Shown piece by piece: positions 1 through 11,544 of a stretch of 64,000 nt of DNA. The position numbers and the translations under genes are program-made. Origin of the DNA: Minisyncoccota bacterium (GTDB taxonomy: Bacteria; Patescibacteriota; Minisyncoccia; Phycocordibacterales; DATDWN01); the NCBI GenBank assembly GCA_041674105.1, contig JBAYWK010000003.1:11971-75970 (forward strand), read 5' to 3'. Under the pieces are notes generated by a model. It had not been told where the DNA came from. It was given only the letters and a program-made list of their open reading frames with translations, and ran no database searches. The first letter of the stretch is position 1, and each line of letters opens with the position of its first letter.

Positions 1-1
1 T

Positions 2-2113
2 GAAGCTAGAGAAATAATGGCCGCTGATAAAAATATACTAAAACCAGGATCTGGAGATCCCACGGTTTCAGCCAAGATGCTTGATATTGTATTGGGTTGT
101 TTCTGGATGACCAAAGAGATCTCAGGTGAAAAAGGTGAAGGTAAGATATTTTCTTCTCCAAATAACGCTATTACCGCTCATGATTTTGAAGAAGTATCTT
201 TCCGTTCAAAGGTAAAAGTTTTGCCTACAGACTCTCCAAAATACGCAGAATATCAAGGTAAATTATTTGAAACTACCGTAGGAAGACTTTTGTTCAACAG
301 TATATTGCCTAAAGATTATCCTTTCTTAAATTACACTATAGATAGAAAAAAGGTTACTTCTTTGATTGATGATTTGATAGAAAGATATGGTATAGAAAAA
401 GTTCCAAATATTATAGACAAAATAAAATCTTTTGGTTTCAAGTATGCTACTTATTCAGGTGTTACTTGGGGGTTAGATGATATAAATGTCCCAGAAGGTA
501 AGGATGCTATAGTTTTAGGAGCAAAAGAAAAAGTAAATATTATTGCTGATCACTTTAATTCAGGTCTTATTTCAAAAGATGAAAGGCTACGTCAAACAAC
601 AGAGATTTGGCACAAAGCTAAAGCTGAAGTAGAAAGTATTATGCCCCAGACATTACCTAAAGATGGTCCAGTGGCAGATATGGTTCTTTCTGGAGCCAGA
701 GGATCTATGGGAAACATTACCGCTATGGGAGGCATGAAAGGTCTGATTACAAATACGGCGGGAGAGACAATTGAGTTTCCTATTATCTCAAGTTCAAAAG
801 AAGGTTTAACTCCTCTAGAATATTTTATTACCACTCATGGAAGCCGTAAAGGTCTTACAGATACAGCTCTTAATACAGCTAAAGCTGGTTATTTGACTAG
901 AAAACTTTTCGTTGTTGCTCAAGATACTATTATTACAGAAGAAGATTGTGGAACAAAGGATGGTATTGTTATAAACAAAAAAGAGAAGGGTGGTATGGAA
1001 ATATCATTAGCTAAACATATTAAAGGAAGATTTTTGGCTCATGATGTTGTTTCTCCAAAAGGCGAAGTTTTGTTCAAAAAGGACCACTTTGTAAGTAAAA
1101 AAGATGCTCAAAAAATAGAAGATGAGGGAGTATCATCTGTTCTTGTTAGATCTCCTTTATCATGTAAAACATTAAATGGTATTTGTATTAAATGTTACGG
1201 AGTTGATCTTGGTAAAAATAAAGTAGTTGAATTGGGTGAAGCCGTTGGAACAGTTGCAGGACAAGCTATTGGAGAACCAGGAACTCAGCTCACTATGCGT
1301 ACTTTTCACCAAGGAGGTGCTGCTACAATTGGCGGGGATATTACTGCAGGTCTACCAAGGGTTGAAGAATTGTTTGAAAAAAGAAAACCAAAGAACCCAG
1401 CTGTTGTTTCTTCTGTTTCTGGAGTTGTCACATATATAAAGGTTACTCCAAAAGAAAAACTTATAACTGTTACTCCAAATCTTGAAGATAGAACAAAGAC
1501 AAAACAAACGGTTGAGTATAATGTTTCTCTAAATCGTATGATTCTTGTTAGAGTTGGTGATGAAGTTGAGAAGGGGGATATTATAACCGATGGATCGGCT
1601 GATATTGATGAATTGTTTAAATATGCAGGAAAAGATAAAACAATTGATTATGTTATTAGAGAAATAAATAAACCTTACGAATTACAAGGAGAAACTGTTT
1701 CTAGAAAACATATTGAAACTATTGTCAGACAAATGTTTGCAAGAAGAAGGATAAAGGAATCTGGCGATACCGTATTTTCTCCAGGCGATGTTGTTGAAAG
1801 CTCATTTTTGGCTGAAGAAAATGCTCGAATCAAAGAAACGGGAGGATTAGAGGCAAAATCTGATAGTGTTGTTATGGGTATTACAGAAGTCTCTCTTTCT
1901 AGGAAGAGTTTCCTTGCGTCTGCTTCTTTCCAACATACAACCAGAATGCTTATATCAAGTGCTATTAGAGGTAATCACGATGAATTAACGGGACTTATGG
2001 AAAATGTTATTTTAGGAAGACTTATCCCTGCAGGTACAGGTTTTAAAGGAAGTCCAAAATCAAAAATGATAGAAGATCTTAGACAGAATACTCAGTTTGA
2101 AAATCTAGACTAG
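2..2113 (+). CDS. rpoC: RNA polymerase beta' subunit, C-terminal part (5' end lies outside the window)
   Basis: Motifs GSRKGLTDTALNTAKAGYLTRKL, GEPGTQLTMRTFH, DITAGLPRVEELFE and ENVILGRLIPAGTG; the frame is open back to the window edge. Confidence 0.98.
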   Translation, partial: EAREIMAADKNILKPGSGDPTVSAKMLDIVLGCFWMTKEISGEKGEGKIFSSPNNAITAHDFEEVSFRSKVKVLPTDSPKYAEYQGKLFETTVGRLLFNSILPKDYPFLNYTIDRKKVTSLIDDLIERYGIEKVPNIIDKIKSFGFKYATYSGVTWGLDDINVPEGKDAIVLGAKEKVNIIADHFNSGLISKDERLRQTTEIWHKAKAEVESIMPQTLPKDGPVADMVLSGARGSMGNITAMGGMKGLITNTAGETIEFPIISSSKEGLTPLEYFITTHGSRKGLTDTALNTAKAGYLTRKLFVVAQDTIITEEDCGTKDGIVINKKEKGGMEISLAKHIKGRFLAHDVVSPKGEVLFKKDHFVSKKDAQKIEDEGVSSVLVRSPLSCKTLNGICIKCYGVDLGKNKVVELGEAVGTVAGQAIGEPGTQLTMRTFHQGGAATIGGDITAGLPRVEELFEKRKPKNPAVVSSVSGVVTYIKVTPKEKLITVTPNLEDRTKTKQTVEYNVSLNRMILVRVGDEVEKGDIITDGSADIDELFKYAGKDKTIDYVIREINKPYELQGETVSRKHIETIVRQMFARRRIKESGDTVFSPGDVVESSFLAEENARIKETGGLEAKSDSVVMGITEVSLSRKSFLASASFQHTTRMLISSAIRGNHDELTGLMENVILGRLIPAGTGFKGSPKSKMIEDLRQNTQFENLD

Positions 2114-2175
2114 ATTAGACCAGATAAGGTAAGTGTTCGTCGGGACTTTATTCAGTGAATTAAAACACATGGTAT

Positions 2176-3897
2176 ATGTCATCATCAGTCGAACAAATAA
2201 AATCAAAAATAGATATAGGCTCACTTATCGGTTCCTATATAAAACTAGAGAAAGCAGGGTCTAATTTTAAAGGCAGGTGTCCTTTTCATAATGAGAAGAC
2301 GCCTTCCTTTTTCGTATCTCCAGATAGAGGGACTTATTATTGTTTCGGCTGTCATGCAAAAGGAGATATTTTTAGTTTCATCCAAGAGTTTGAAGGACTT
2401 GATTTTGTTGGAGCCTTAAAAAATTTAGCTGAGAGAGCTGGTGTTAAATTGGAGAAATATGAGTCTGGCCTTAAATCAGATAGAGACAAGTATTATTCAA
2501 TAATAGAACAGGCTGTCTTGTTTTATCAAAAAATATTTGGAGAATCTCTAGAGGCTAAAAAGTATATGGAAGAAAGAGGGGTTTTAGATAGTACTATAGA
2601 TAGTTTCCGTATAGGTTATGTGCCACTAGATTGGAGACAGCTCTTTGATCATTTAAGTTCAAAAAATGTTTCTGCTGATGATATGCTTAAAGTCGGTCTC
2701 ATAAAAAAGAAAGAAGGTTCTGAAAGTATGTATTATGATACCTTTAGAGGAAGAATAATGTTTCCTATAATGGATTCATCTGGCAGAGCGGTTGGTTTCT
2801 CAGGTAGGATTTTAGTTTCAGATCCAAAATCTCCAAAGTATTTAAATAGTCCTGATACTATTCTATTTAATAAGTCAGAGGTTCTTTTTGGTTTGGATAA
2901 AGCCAAGAGTGAAATAAAAATAAAAGATTATTCAATATTGGTTGAAGGACAGATGGATTTAATAATGCTTCATCAATCAGGTATAAAAAATACAGTAGCT
3001 TCGTCAGGGACAGCTTTATCTTCTGGACACCTTGTAACACTTAGGAGGTTCTCAAATAGAATAGTTATGTGTTATGACGGTGATGAAGCAGGGTTTTTGG
3101 CATCAAACAGGAGCGCTCATTTAGCCTTATCTTTGGATATGGAATTAAAAATAGCTGAAATGCCAAAAGGGAAAGACCCGGCTGATCTGAGTAAAGAAGA
3201 TAAAAATGAACTCATCTCTCGTCTAAAAAATTCTAAACATATTATAGATTTCTATGTAGATCATTTATTATCAAAAGATTTAGACCCAATAGCCTTAGGA
3301 AAAGAAATAAATCGCAGTATATTGCCATACGTTTCTTTACTTAAAAGTACAATAGATAAATCCAATTTTATAAAAAATATAGCCAAGAAGACTTTTATAA
3401 AAGAGGATGCCTTGTGGGAAGATTTAAAAAATATAAATATTCCTAATGTTCCATCTGACAAAGCAGTTTTGTCTAGAGAGAGAAAATCAGGTGGAACAGA
3501 GAGGAGGATTGTCGGAATTATTTTATGGCAAGAGACTCTAAAACCTTCTAGTTTAAAAGTAGAGGAAATCCGAGAAAAATTTATTTCTATTTTAGGAGAT
3601 GAAGAAGCTAAAAAAATATTTGAATTTCTAGAAAAAGATAAGGAAATGTTGCTTTTTGAAACGGAGAGTTTTTATAATGGGGTTGATTATTTAGAAAAAG
3701 ATGTGGGAGAATTGTTGATAGGATTGGAAGAGGATCTTTTAAAGAAAAAATTTACTGAGACAATGATTTTATTACAAAAGGCAGAGCAAAATAAAAATAA
3801 ACCAGAAATATTAAAATATTTGGAAGAATGTCAGATTATTTCCCAAAAAATCAATAATTTAAAATACAAATATGAAAACAAATATGAAAACAAATAA
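2176..3897 (+). CDS. dnaG: DNA primase
   Basis: CHC2 zinc finger ([11 protein letters not shown]...CFGC), PKYLNSP, TOPRIM residues VEGQMD and YDGD; lies upstream of rpoD. Confidence 0.97.
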   Translation: MSSSVEQIKSKIDIGSLIGSYIKLEKAGSNFKGRCPFHNEKTPSFFVSPDRGTYYCFGCHAKGDIFSFIQEFEGLDFVGALKNLAERAGVKLEKYESGLKSDRDKYYSIIEQAVLFYQKIFGESLEAKKYMEERGVLDSTIDSFRIGYVPLDWRQLFDHLSSKNVSADDMLKVGLIKKKEGSESMYYDTFRGRIMFPIMDSSGRAVGFSGRILVSDPKSPKYLNSPDTILFNKSEVLFGLDKAKSEIKIKDYSILVEGQMDLIMLHQSGIKNTVASSGTALSSGHLVTLRRFSNRIVMCYDGDEAGFLASNRSAHLALSLDMELKIAEMPKGKDPADLSKEDKNELISRLKNSKHIIDFYVDHLLSKDLDPIALGKEINRSILPYVSLLKSTIDKSNFIKNIAKKTFIKEDALWEDLKNINIPNVPSDKAVLSRERKSGGTERRIVGIILWQETLKPSSLKVEEIREKFISILGDEEAKKIFEFLEKDKEMLLFETESFYNGVDYLEKDVGELLIGLEEDLLKKKFTETMILLQKAEQNKNKPEILKYLEECQIISQKINNLKYKYENKYENK

Positions 3898-5146
3898 AAA
3901 AATATCCCCGAAAAAAATTGTAAAGAGTAAACCAAAGGCCCAGAAGAAACCCCTAAAGAAGAAAATAAAGAAAGTTTCTGCTCTTAAAACTAAAACAAAA
4001 AAGAAACCTAAAAAACTTCTAGCTATTTCAACTAGAAAAATAACAGTTGAAAAGAAGTTAAAGAAAGAAGACCGACATAAAGAAAGTTTAGAAAAGTTGG
4101 TAACTAAAGGAAAAGAGAGAGGGTATGTAACTTACGATGAAATTTTGAAAGAATTTCCTCATGTTGAGGAAGACATTATGTTTTTAGATGAATTGTATGA
4201 GAGATTGAGTTCTTCTGGTGTAGATATTTTAGAAGGAGGAGGACTTTTAGAAGTTCCATTAGATGATTTGATTAGTAAAAAATATCCTTATTCTCCTAGA
4301 GGAGATTCTTCTTATGATTCAATACAGATGTATCTGAAAGAAATTGGTCAGTATCCTCTAATATCTGGTAGTATGGAAAAAGATTTGGCTAAGAGGATAG
4401 AACAAGGAGATGAGGAGGCTAAAAACCTATTAGCTAGAGCAAACTTAAGGCTTGTTGTCTCTATTGCCAAAAAATATGTAGGAAGGTCTGCGGATCTGAC
4501 TTTGTTAGACCTTATTCAAGAAGGTAACTTGGGTTTGTTTAAAGCTGTAGACAAATTTGATTGGACAAAGGGTTATAAGTTTTCAACTTATGCAACTTGG
4601 TGGATAAGACAGGCAATAACCAGAGCTCTGGCTGACCAATCTCGTACTATTAGGGTGCCAGTTCATATGGTGGAAACTATAGCTAAATATAAACAAGTTG
4701 TCAGAAGACTTTCACAAGATCTCGGAAGAGATCCTTTACCAGAGGAAATTGCCACAGAAATGAATCTGCCTGTTGATAAAGTTTATACGATAGAAAAAAT
4801 AGATCAGAGTACTGTTTCGCTAGAAGCTCCAATCGGTGAAGAAGGAGATGAAAGCAAGTCTAAACTTGGAGACTTTCTCGCTGATGAAAAAATTCTCTCT
4901 CCTGAGCAAGAATCTGCAAGAAGAATTATCTCCGATCAAGTCAAAGAAATACTAAATGATTTACCTGAAAAAGAAAGAAGGATATTGGAAATGCGTCATG
5001 GACTTCTTGACGGAGTTCAGCATACACTAGAGGAAGTAGGTAAAGAGTTTGGTGTCACCAGAGAGCGTATTCGTCAGATAGAGGCAAAGGCTCACGAGAA
5101 AATCCGTCAGCACGATAAAATAAACCGTTTAAAGAATTACTATTAA
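3872..5146 (+). CDS. rpoD: Primary sigma70 factor with Lys-rich N-terminal extension
   Basis: [57 protein letters not shown]. Confidence 0.96.
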   Translation: MKTNMKTNKKISPKKIVKSKPKAQKKPLKKKIKKVSALKTKTKKKPKKLLAISTRKITVEKKLKKEDRHKESLEKLVTKGKERGYVTYDEILKEFPHVEEDIMFLDELYERLSSSGVDILEGGGLLEVPLDDLISKKYPYSPRGDSSYDSIQMYLKEIGQYPLISGSMEKDLAKRIEQGDEEAKNLLARANLRLVVSIAKKYVGRSADLTLLDLIQEGNLGLFKAVDKFDWTKGYKFSTYATWWIRQAITRALADQSRTIRVPVHMVETIAKYKQVVRRLSQDLGRDPLPEEIATEMNLPVDKVYTIEKIDQSTVSLEAPIGEEGDESKSKLGDFLADEKILSPEQESARRIISDQVKEILNDLPEKERRILEMRHGLLDGVQHTLEEVGKEFGVTRERIRQIEAKAHEKIRQHDKINRLKNYY

Positions 5147-5158
5147 ATTTCATAGATT

Positions 5159-5200
5159 ATTTTTAAAACCCAGCTAAATTATTAGCTGGGTTTTAAAAAT
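5159..5200. terminator. Long inverted repeat / intrinsic terminator after rpoD
   Basis: ttttaaaacccagctaa...ttagctgggttttaaaa. Confidence 0.75.
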
Positions 5201-5223
5201 ATTATTCGTGTTATTCTATACTT

Positions 5224-8166
5224 ATGCTTAAAAACGAATTGGATCTCATTTTTGAGAAAAAATATAAAAGCTTAAATAATAAGCAAAAAATGGCGGTTGA
5301 TGCTATAGAGGGGCCTGTAATGGTCATAGCAGGTCCTGGTACGGGCAAGACGACCATTTTAACTCTTAGGATAGGAAATATACTTAAAAAAACAGATAAC
5401 CCTGCTTCGGGCATTTTAACACTTACTTTTACTGATGCTGGAGTAAAAGCTATAAAAATGAAACTTCGTGAGATAATAGGAAGTAGGGCAGATGATGTTA
5501 GAATTCATACTTTCCATAGCTTTGCTTCAAGTATTATTTCAGAATTTCCTGAACATTTTCCTCATCTATCAAAATCAAAACAAATTACTGATGTAGAAGC
5601 TGAGTCAATGATTAGGGATATTTTGAAAAATAAAAAATTTGCAAAACTTAGACCTTTGGGCGATACGGATTTTTATATACATAAAATATTGAGTGCCATA
5701 GGAGATTCTAAAAAAGAGGATTGGGATCCAGAAATTATAAGAAAATTTGCAAAAGAAGAAATTGATAGAATAGAAAATGATCCAAGTTCTTTATCTAGTA
5801 GAGGTGCTAGTAAAGGTAGTTTAAAAGCAGATAGCTTGAAGAGAATAGAAAGGTGTCAGAGGACTATTTTGTTTGCTGATGTTTTTGAAGAATATGAATT
5901 GAGTAAGATAAGTAATAAAAAGATAGATTATGATGACCTGCTAGTTGAACTGAATAAATCACTTAAAAATGACGAGTTACTTTTGAGATTGCTCCAAGAA
6001 AAATTTTTATATATTCTTGTAGACGAACATCAGGATACAAATGACTCGCAAAATTTAATTGTCTCTATGCTCTCTAATTTTTTTGAAACTCCAAATATTT
6101 TTGTAGTCGGTGATGAGAAACAAGCTATATATCGTTTCCAAGGAGCTTCGGTCGCGAACTTTCTTAGATTTCAAAATATATGGAAAGATATGAAGGTTAT
6201 TTCGCTAGAGGAAAATTATCGTAGTCATCAAGATATTTTGGATGCTACTTTTAAGATGATTGAACAAAATTATGAAGAAGGAGATTTAGAAGATCTAAGA
6301 GTAGAATTGAAATCAGGATTAAAAAAAGAAAAAAGACCAATAGATGTTATCTTTTCAGGCGATACTGATTCGGCAGATGCTTATCTCATAGAGGAACTCC
6401 AAAATATTTCTAAAAATGAACCTGAGGCAACCGTAGCTGTAATATTGAGGTGGAACAGAGATGTAGACCATATTTTGTCTTTATGTGAGTCACATGGAGT
6501 ATTTGTTTCGGCCGAGCGTGGCGCAGATATATTTTCTCATCCTTTGGGCAGTTTGTATTTTAAGATATTAGAATACTTAAGTGACCCATCAAAAACAGAT
6601 AGTCTAACTGAAACTATTGCACTAAATCTTTGGGGTCTAGATTTTGAAAAATCAAATAATCTAATTAAAAGAATCAGGAGTGGAAATATAAAAGATATTG
6701 AAAAAGAGATAGAAGTCCTTTCTGTCTTGCATAAAGAAATAAATATACTGAGCCCGATTGCTTATTTGATCTTTGTAGGTGAAGTTTCAGGGCTCATCTC
6801 TCCTGACAAAATGACCGACCCTCTGTCTGTAGAAGTTTGGAGGGGAATTATAGATTTAGCCAGAAATATCGCCGGGAACTCTAAAATAGAAAATTCTTTT
6901 GATTTAATAAAGGAGTTATTAGATTACAAAAAAACTTCTGAAAATAAAGTCATAAAAATAGGTAGTGGATCAGTAGATGCAAAAATACAAATAATGACAG
7001 CTCACTCTTCCAAAGGTTTAGAATTTGACTATGTTTTCGTTCCTTATGCTTTAGAAGAATATTGGATAAGGCGACCTCAGTCTGGAGCCTTTGTTCTTCC
7101 TAGAGAGGAAGATAATAGTGACGATATAAAAGATTCAAGGAGGCTTTTTTATGTAGCTTTGACTAGAGCCAAAAAACATCTTGTTATAATTGTCCCAACA
7201 AATGATAATCTAGGTAAAGATTTTACTCCACTCAGATTTGTGGAAGAGTTGCATCCGGGTAGTGTTAATAAGATAGAAGCTCCGCAAATAAAGAGTCTAC
7301 CAAAAATACTAAAAGGCGAAAGCTTGAATTCCCACAGAAAGTCGGAATTGGTTGAATATTCAAAAAGAGTTTTAATTGAGAACGGTTTATCTGTCACAGC
7401 TTTAAACCATTTTATGAAATGTCCGAGCGAGTTTCTTTATAAAAGTATATTAAAAGTTCCGGAAGCACCAAATGCGAGTTCTGAAAAAGGTACGGCTATG
7501 CATAAAGCTATGTCTTCTGTCTGGGCGAATGAAGACAAGAGAGTTTCTTCTATAACGAAAACAATAGAAGATTCTGTTAAATCTTATTTTGAAACGTCTC
7601 TCTTGCCAAAAGCAGAAAAGGAAATCATATTAGAAGAATTGATTTTATCTGCCGGAAGTATTGCAAAATCTTTGGAGAATCATTTTTCTATGAAAGGCAC
7701 TGTGCAAACTGATAAATGGATGGATTTTATATTTAAAACAAAATATAAAAATAAACAAATAGAATTAAAATTACATGGACAGTTAGATGTTTTAGTTTTT
7801 GAAGGTGAAAATAGTTTTGTTTTTGATTATAAAACAAGACAAGTTATGTCAGAGAATGCTATAAAAGGAGAAACTAAAAATACAGACGGTAATTATTTTA
7901 GACAACTTATTTTTTATAAAATTTTGGTAGAAGGTAACAGTCAGTTTGCTGGTAAAAATATGGAACTAGCTTTAGTTTTTATCAAGCCAGATGAAAAAGG
8001 ACGTTGTCCTGTAGTATCTATTTCTGTATCAAAAGAAGATGCAGATAAAGTAAAAGACGAAGTTTCTTATCTTTTGGAAAATGTCTATTCTGGAGAGTTT
8101 TTGGACAGAGTTTGTGATGATCCAGATTGTAAATGGTGTCCTCTTAAAAAGTATTCAATAAAATAA
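5224..8166 (+). CDS. UvrD/PcrA-family SF1 helicase with C-terminal PD-(D/E)XK nuclease domain
   Basis: AGPGTGKT, LVDEHQD, VGDEKQAIYRFQG, MTAHSSKGLEF, RRLFYVALTRA; C-terminal GQLD..FDYKT plus Cys residues (KCP; CDDPDCKWCP). Confidence 0.92.
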   Translation: MLKNELDLIFEKKYKSLNNKQKMAVDAIEGPVMVIAGPGTGKTTILTLRIGNILKKTDNPASGILTLTFTDAGVKAIKMKLREIIGSRADDVRIHTFHSFASSIISEFPEHFPHLSKSKQITDVEAESMIRDILKNKKFAKLRPLGDTDFYIHKILSAIGDSKKEDWDPEIIRKFAKEEIDRIENDPSSLSSRGASKGSLKADSLKRIERCQRTILFADVFEEYELSKISNKKIDYDDLLVELNKSLKNDELLLRLLQEKFLYILVDEHQDTNDSQNLIVSMLSNFFETPNIFVVGDEKQAIYRFQGASVANFLRFQNIWKDMKVISLEENYRSHQDILDATFKMIEQNYEEGDLEDLRVELKSGLKKEKRPIDVIFSGDTDSADAYLIEELQNISKNEPEATVAVILRWNRDVDHILSLCESHGVFVSAERGADIFSHPLGSLYFKILEYLSDPSKTDSLTETIALNLWGLDFEKSNNLIKRIRSGNIKDIEKEIEVLSVLHKEINILSPIAYLIFVGEVSGLISPDKMTDPLSVEVWRGIIDLARNIAGNSKIENSFDLIKELLDYKKTSENKVIKIGSGSVDAKIQIMTAHSSKGLEFDYVFVPYALEEYWIRRPQSGAFVLPREEDNSDDIKDSRRLFYVALTRAKKHLVIIVPTNDNLGKDFTPLRFVEELHPGSVNKIEAPQIKSLPKILKGESLNSHRKSELVEYSKRVLIENGLSVTALNHFMKCPSEFLYKSILKVPEAPNASSEKGTAMHKAMSSVWANEDKRVSSITKTIEDSVKSYFETSLLPKAEKEIILEELILSAGSIAKSLENHFSMKGTVQTDKWMDFIFKTKYKNKQIELKLHGQLDVLVFEGENSFVFDYKTRQVMSENAIKGETKNTDGNYFRQLIFYKILVEGNSQFAGKNMELALVFIKPDEKGRCPVVSISVSKEDADKVKDEVSYLLENVYSGEFLDRVCDDPDCKWCPLKKYSIK

Positions 8167-8862
8167 TTATTGAGCCAATAGAGAATCTATTGCTTGTTTT
8201 AGATTTGTATAAGGAAGGGCTCCTTCTACAGGTATCTTTTCTCCTGTACTTTTAATGATTACTATCGAGTGAGGAGTGCCTTGTCCACCTGTTCGGACTG
8301 CCTCTTGATAGTCTGCTTCTATTTTATCTGCAAATTTACCACTTTGGAGGCATTGATTAAATGTATCTAGGGGTAAACCTATATCACTAGCTATTTTAGG
8401 TAATTCTTCTACCGGTAGACCATTATTTGATGGTGTTCTGTCATATATAGCATTTGTATATTCCCAAAATTTATTATTTCCACCTATTTCCCTAGCACAT
8501 TCTGTAGCCTCGGCTTCTTTTCTGGCTTTAGGATGGAGCCCGTCTATAGGGAAGTGTCTGTAAACCCAAGCAACTTTACCAGAAGGTCCATATTCTGCTA
8601 CTAACTGGTTTAATGTTTTATGGAAATCTTTACAATAAGGACACTCTGTATCTGAATATTCTACTATAACTATGTCAGCATTTGGGTTTCCAAGGATGTG
8701 GTCATCTGAAGTAACAGGTCTGCTTGCTTCTGGCCCTGTGGCTAGAAGCAGGTTATTTCCTGGAGCTTCTGAGGGTTTTTTACCAGATAGATATATGGAT
8801 CCGCCTATTATTAATCCTGCGATTATTATTGCGATTGGTACTGTAAATTTATTTGTATCCAT
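8167..8862 (-). CDS. DsbA-family thioredoxin-fold oxidoreductase with N-terminal anchor
   Basis: EYSDTECPYC, YRHFP, GTP cis-Pro loop, N-terminal transmembrane segment. Confidence 0.9.
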   Translation of the reverse strand: MDTNKFTVPIAIIIAGLIIGGSIYLSGKKPSEAPGNNLLLATGPEASRPVTSDDHILGNPNADIVIVEYSDTECPYCKDFHKTLNQLVAEYGPSGKVAWVYRHFPIDGLHPKARKEAEATECAREIGGNNKFWEYTNAIYDRTPSNNGLPVEELPKIASDIGLPLDTFNQCLQSGKFADKIEADYQEAVRTGGQGTPHSIVIIKSTGEKIPVEGALPYTNLKQAIDSLLAQ

Positions 8863-8904
8863 ATTTTTTCTATTTATTTTTAATGTGTGCTAGAATTATA
8901 TCTC

Positions 8905-9693
8905 ATGACACCTTTTGAGGCAATCATACTTGGAATAGTTCAAGGAGCGACAGAATTTTTGCCCATTTCATCTTCTGGTCATCTAATTATAGCCAGATCA
9001 TTTTTGCACCTACCATTGGAACACACTTTAACTTTTGACGCCATACTTCAGTTTGCTACGGTCATAGCTTTAGTAATATATTTTTGGAAAGATATTTGGA
9101 ATGTTTTTGTATCTATCCTAAGAAGTCTGTCAGGATTTTATGTTAGTAAAAATGAAAAGATTTTGTCTTGGTCTATTGTTATAGGAACAATACCAGCTGT
9201 AATACTAGGTCTTCTTTTGGAATCTTATATGGAAACTATTTTTAGAGATATTTTTCTTGTATCTATTACTTTAATTGCTGGAAGTATTTTAATGTATGTT
9301 GCTCAATATTTTGGCAAACAAGACAAAGAGATTTCTTTAGGTAGGGGACTTATCATAGGTCTTTTTCAAAGTCTAGCTCTTGTTCCGGGCATTTCCCGTT
9401 CTGGTTCAACAATATCTGGGGGACTTTTTTCCGGGCTTCCAAGAAATGAAGCCGTTAGGTATAGTTTTGTTCTTTCTATTCCTATTTTACTAGGTTCTGG
9501 AGCAAAAAAACTTTTGGAAGTTGATTTTGTCGGCTCCTTATTTGATCTAAATCTTTTACTTGGTTCTATCACAGCATTTCTCGTAGGATTTTTAGTCATC
9601 CATTATTTTATAAAATATATGAAGCATCACAATCTAAATATTTTTATAATATATAGAATTGTTCTAGCAATCTTAATTCTACTTGTATTTTAG
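8905..9693 (+). CDS. uppP: Undecaprenyl-diphosphatase
   Basis: GIVQGATEFLPISSSGH and PGISRSGSTI; ATG at 8905 preferred over the upstream GTG. Confidence 0.95.
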   Translation: MTPFEAIILGIVQGATEFLPISSSGHLIIARSFLHLPLEHTLTFDAILQFATVIALVIYFWKDIWNVFVSILRSLSGFYVSKNEKILSWSIVIGTIPAVILGLLLESYMETIFRDIFLVSITLIAGSILMYVAQYFGKQDKEISLGRGLIIGLFQSLALVPGISRSGSTISGGLFSGLPRNEAVRYSFVLSIPILLGSGAKKLLEVDFVGSLFDLNLLLGSITAFLVGFLVIHYFIKYMKHHNLNIFIIYRIVLAILILLVF

Positions 9694-9769
9694 TCTTATT
9701 TTAAGCCATATTTTATATAACATAAAATATATTGATTTCTTAATTACAAAATAATAGACTGAGTTATCT

Positions 9770-11539
9770 ATGAAAAAACATAAAACAGAATGGGACCTAA
9801 GCCTTCTATATAGAAACAATAAAGATCCTAAGATAGAAAAAGATATTAAGGAGATAGAAGGACTGTGTAATAATTTTGAGATTAAATATAGAAATAAGGA
9901 TTTTACATCTTCACCTAAAAAACTTCTGATAACTTTAGTTGATTTTAATAAACTTCTTGAAAAATTAGAAAGAAACAAATCTTGGTGGTATTTTGCTCTT
10001 AAGGTTAGGTTGAATTCCTCTGACCAGTTTTCAAGTGCTTCTTCTACAAAATTAAGCGCACGTATTACTGAAGCTTTCAATAAGATAATGTTTTTTAATC
10101 TAGAAATAGGAAAAATAAACAAGAAAGATCAAAATAAATTTTTAAATAACCCGATGCTTACTGAGTTTAGGTATGTTCTACAGGTTATTTTTAAAAAATC
10201 AGAATTCAAATTGTCAGAAAAAGAAGAGCAAGTGATAGACCTTCTTTCCGAGACAAGTTATGGTATGTGGGTAAAAGGCTCAAGTAAGTTAGTTAACGAA
10301 CAACAGGTAATTTATAAAAATAAAAAGATTCCACTTTCTGAAGCTATATCTATTATGTCTGATTTAGAAACAAGAGATAGAAGGATTCTTGGACAAAAAA
10401 TAAATCAGTCATTAAAATCAGTTTCTCATTTTGCAGAAGCTGAAATAAATGCTGTTTACAATTACAAAAATATTTTAGACAAGCGCAGAGGTTATAAAAA
10501 ACCTTATAGCAATACAATACTGAATTATAAAAATAACGAGGAGACAATAGAAAAACTGGTTAAATTGGTTACAAAGTATTTTTCTTTAAGTAAAAGATTT
10601 TATAGTATACAAGCAAAAATTTTAAAGAAGAAAAAGTTAACTTATTCTGATAGGGTGGCAAGTATAGGTAAAATAAATAAAAAATTTGACCTAAAATCAT
10701 CAATAGAAATCGTTATGGAATCTTTCAATAAGATTGATCCAAAATACGGTAGAATAGTTTCTATGTTTTTTGAAAATGGGCAGGTTGATGTTTACCCAAA
10801 AAAAGGAAAATCTGGTGGAGCATTTTGTTGGGGAATGGGTGATTTGCCTGTTTTTGTTTTTTTAAATCATACAGACGACATAAGATCTGTTGAAACTTTA
10901 GCTCATGAAATGGGTCATGCCATACATACTGAACTATCCAAATCTCAACCTGTTCAGTATAGGGATTACTCTATGGCTGTTGCCGAAGTGGCTAGCACAT
11001 TTTTTGAACAGGTTGTCATAGACGAACTTGAAAAATATTTATCTGATGATGATAAAATAATATTACTTCATAATAAAATTAAGGGTGATATTTCAACTAT
11101 ATTTAGACAAATTGCTTGTTTCAATTTTGAACTTGAACTTCATAATAAAATAAGAGAAAAAGGTGAACTTTCAAAGGAAGAAATGGCAAGTCTTCTTGCT
11201 AAACACATGAGGGCTTATTTAGGAGATATTGTAGAAGTTACAGAAGATGATGGTTATCAGTTTGTAAGCTGGTCTCATATCAGAAGGTTTTTTTATGTAT
11301 ATTCATATGCTTACGGACAACTTATAAGTCGGTCATTGTTTGAAAATTGGAAGAAAGACAAATCTTATGCGATAAAGATTGAGAAATTTTTAAGTAGTGG
11401 TGGTTCAATGAGTCCTGAGGATATATTTAACAAAGCTGGTATAGATACTACTGATATGAAATTTTTTGAATCAGGTATAAAAAGTATAAAGAAAGATATA
11501 GATAAGTTGGAGAAAATATCTTTAGGAAAAAGTCTTTAG
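9770..11539 (+). CDS. M3 oligoendopeptidase F family peptidase
   Basis: TLAHEMGHAIH (HExxH), AEVAS, GKSGGAF, FYVYSYAYG; N-terminal WDLSLLY. Confidence 0.9.
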   Translation: MKKHKTEWDLSLLYRNNKDPKIEKDIKEIEGLCNNFEIKYRNKDFTSSPKKLLITLVDFNKLLEKLERNKSWWYFALKVRLNSSDQFSSASSTKLSARITEAFNKIMFFNLEIGKINKKDQNKFLNNPMLTEFRYVLQVIFKKSEFKLSEKEEQVIDLLSETSYGMWVKGSSKLVNEQQVIYKNKKIPLSEAISIMSDLETRDRRILGQKINQSLKSVSHFAEAEINAVYNYKNILDKRRGYKKPYSNTILNYKNNEETIEKLVKLVTKYFSLSKRFYSIQAKILKKKKLTYSDRVASIGKINKKFDLKSSIEIVMESFNKIDPKYGRIVSMFFENGQVDVYPKKGKSGGAFCWGMGDLPVFVFLNHTDDIRSVETLAHEMGHAIHTELSKSQPVQYRDYSMAVAEVASTFFEQVVIDELEKYLSDDDKIILLHNKIKGDISTIFRQIACFNFELELHNKIREKGELSKEEMASLLAKHMRAYLGDIVEVTEDDGYQFVSWSHIRRFFYVYSYAYGQLISRSLFENWKKDKSYAIKIEKFLSSGGSMSPEDIFNKAGIDTTDMKFFESGIKSIKKDIDKLEKISLGKSL

Positions 11540-11544
11540 CAGTT

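Noticed and set aside
3872-4080. Lys-rich low-complexity N-terminus of RpoD as a separate histone-like gene
   Set aside because: It is in frame with the sigma factor; such extensions are common in this lineage
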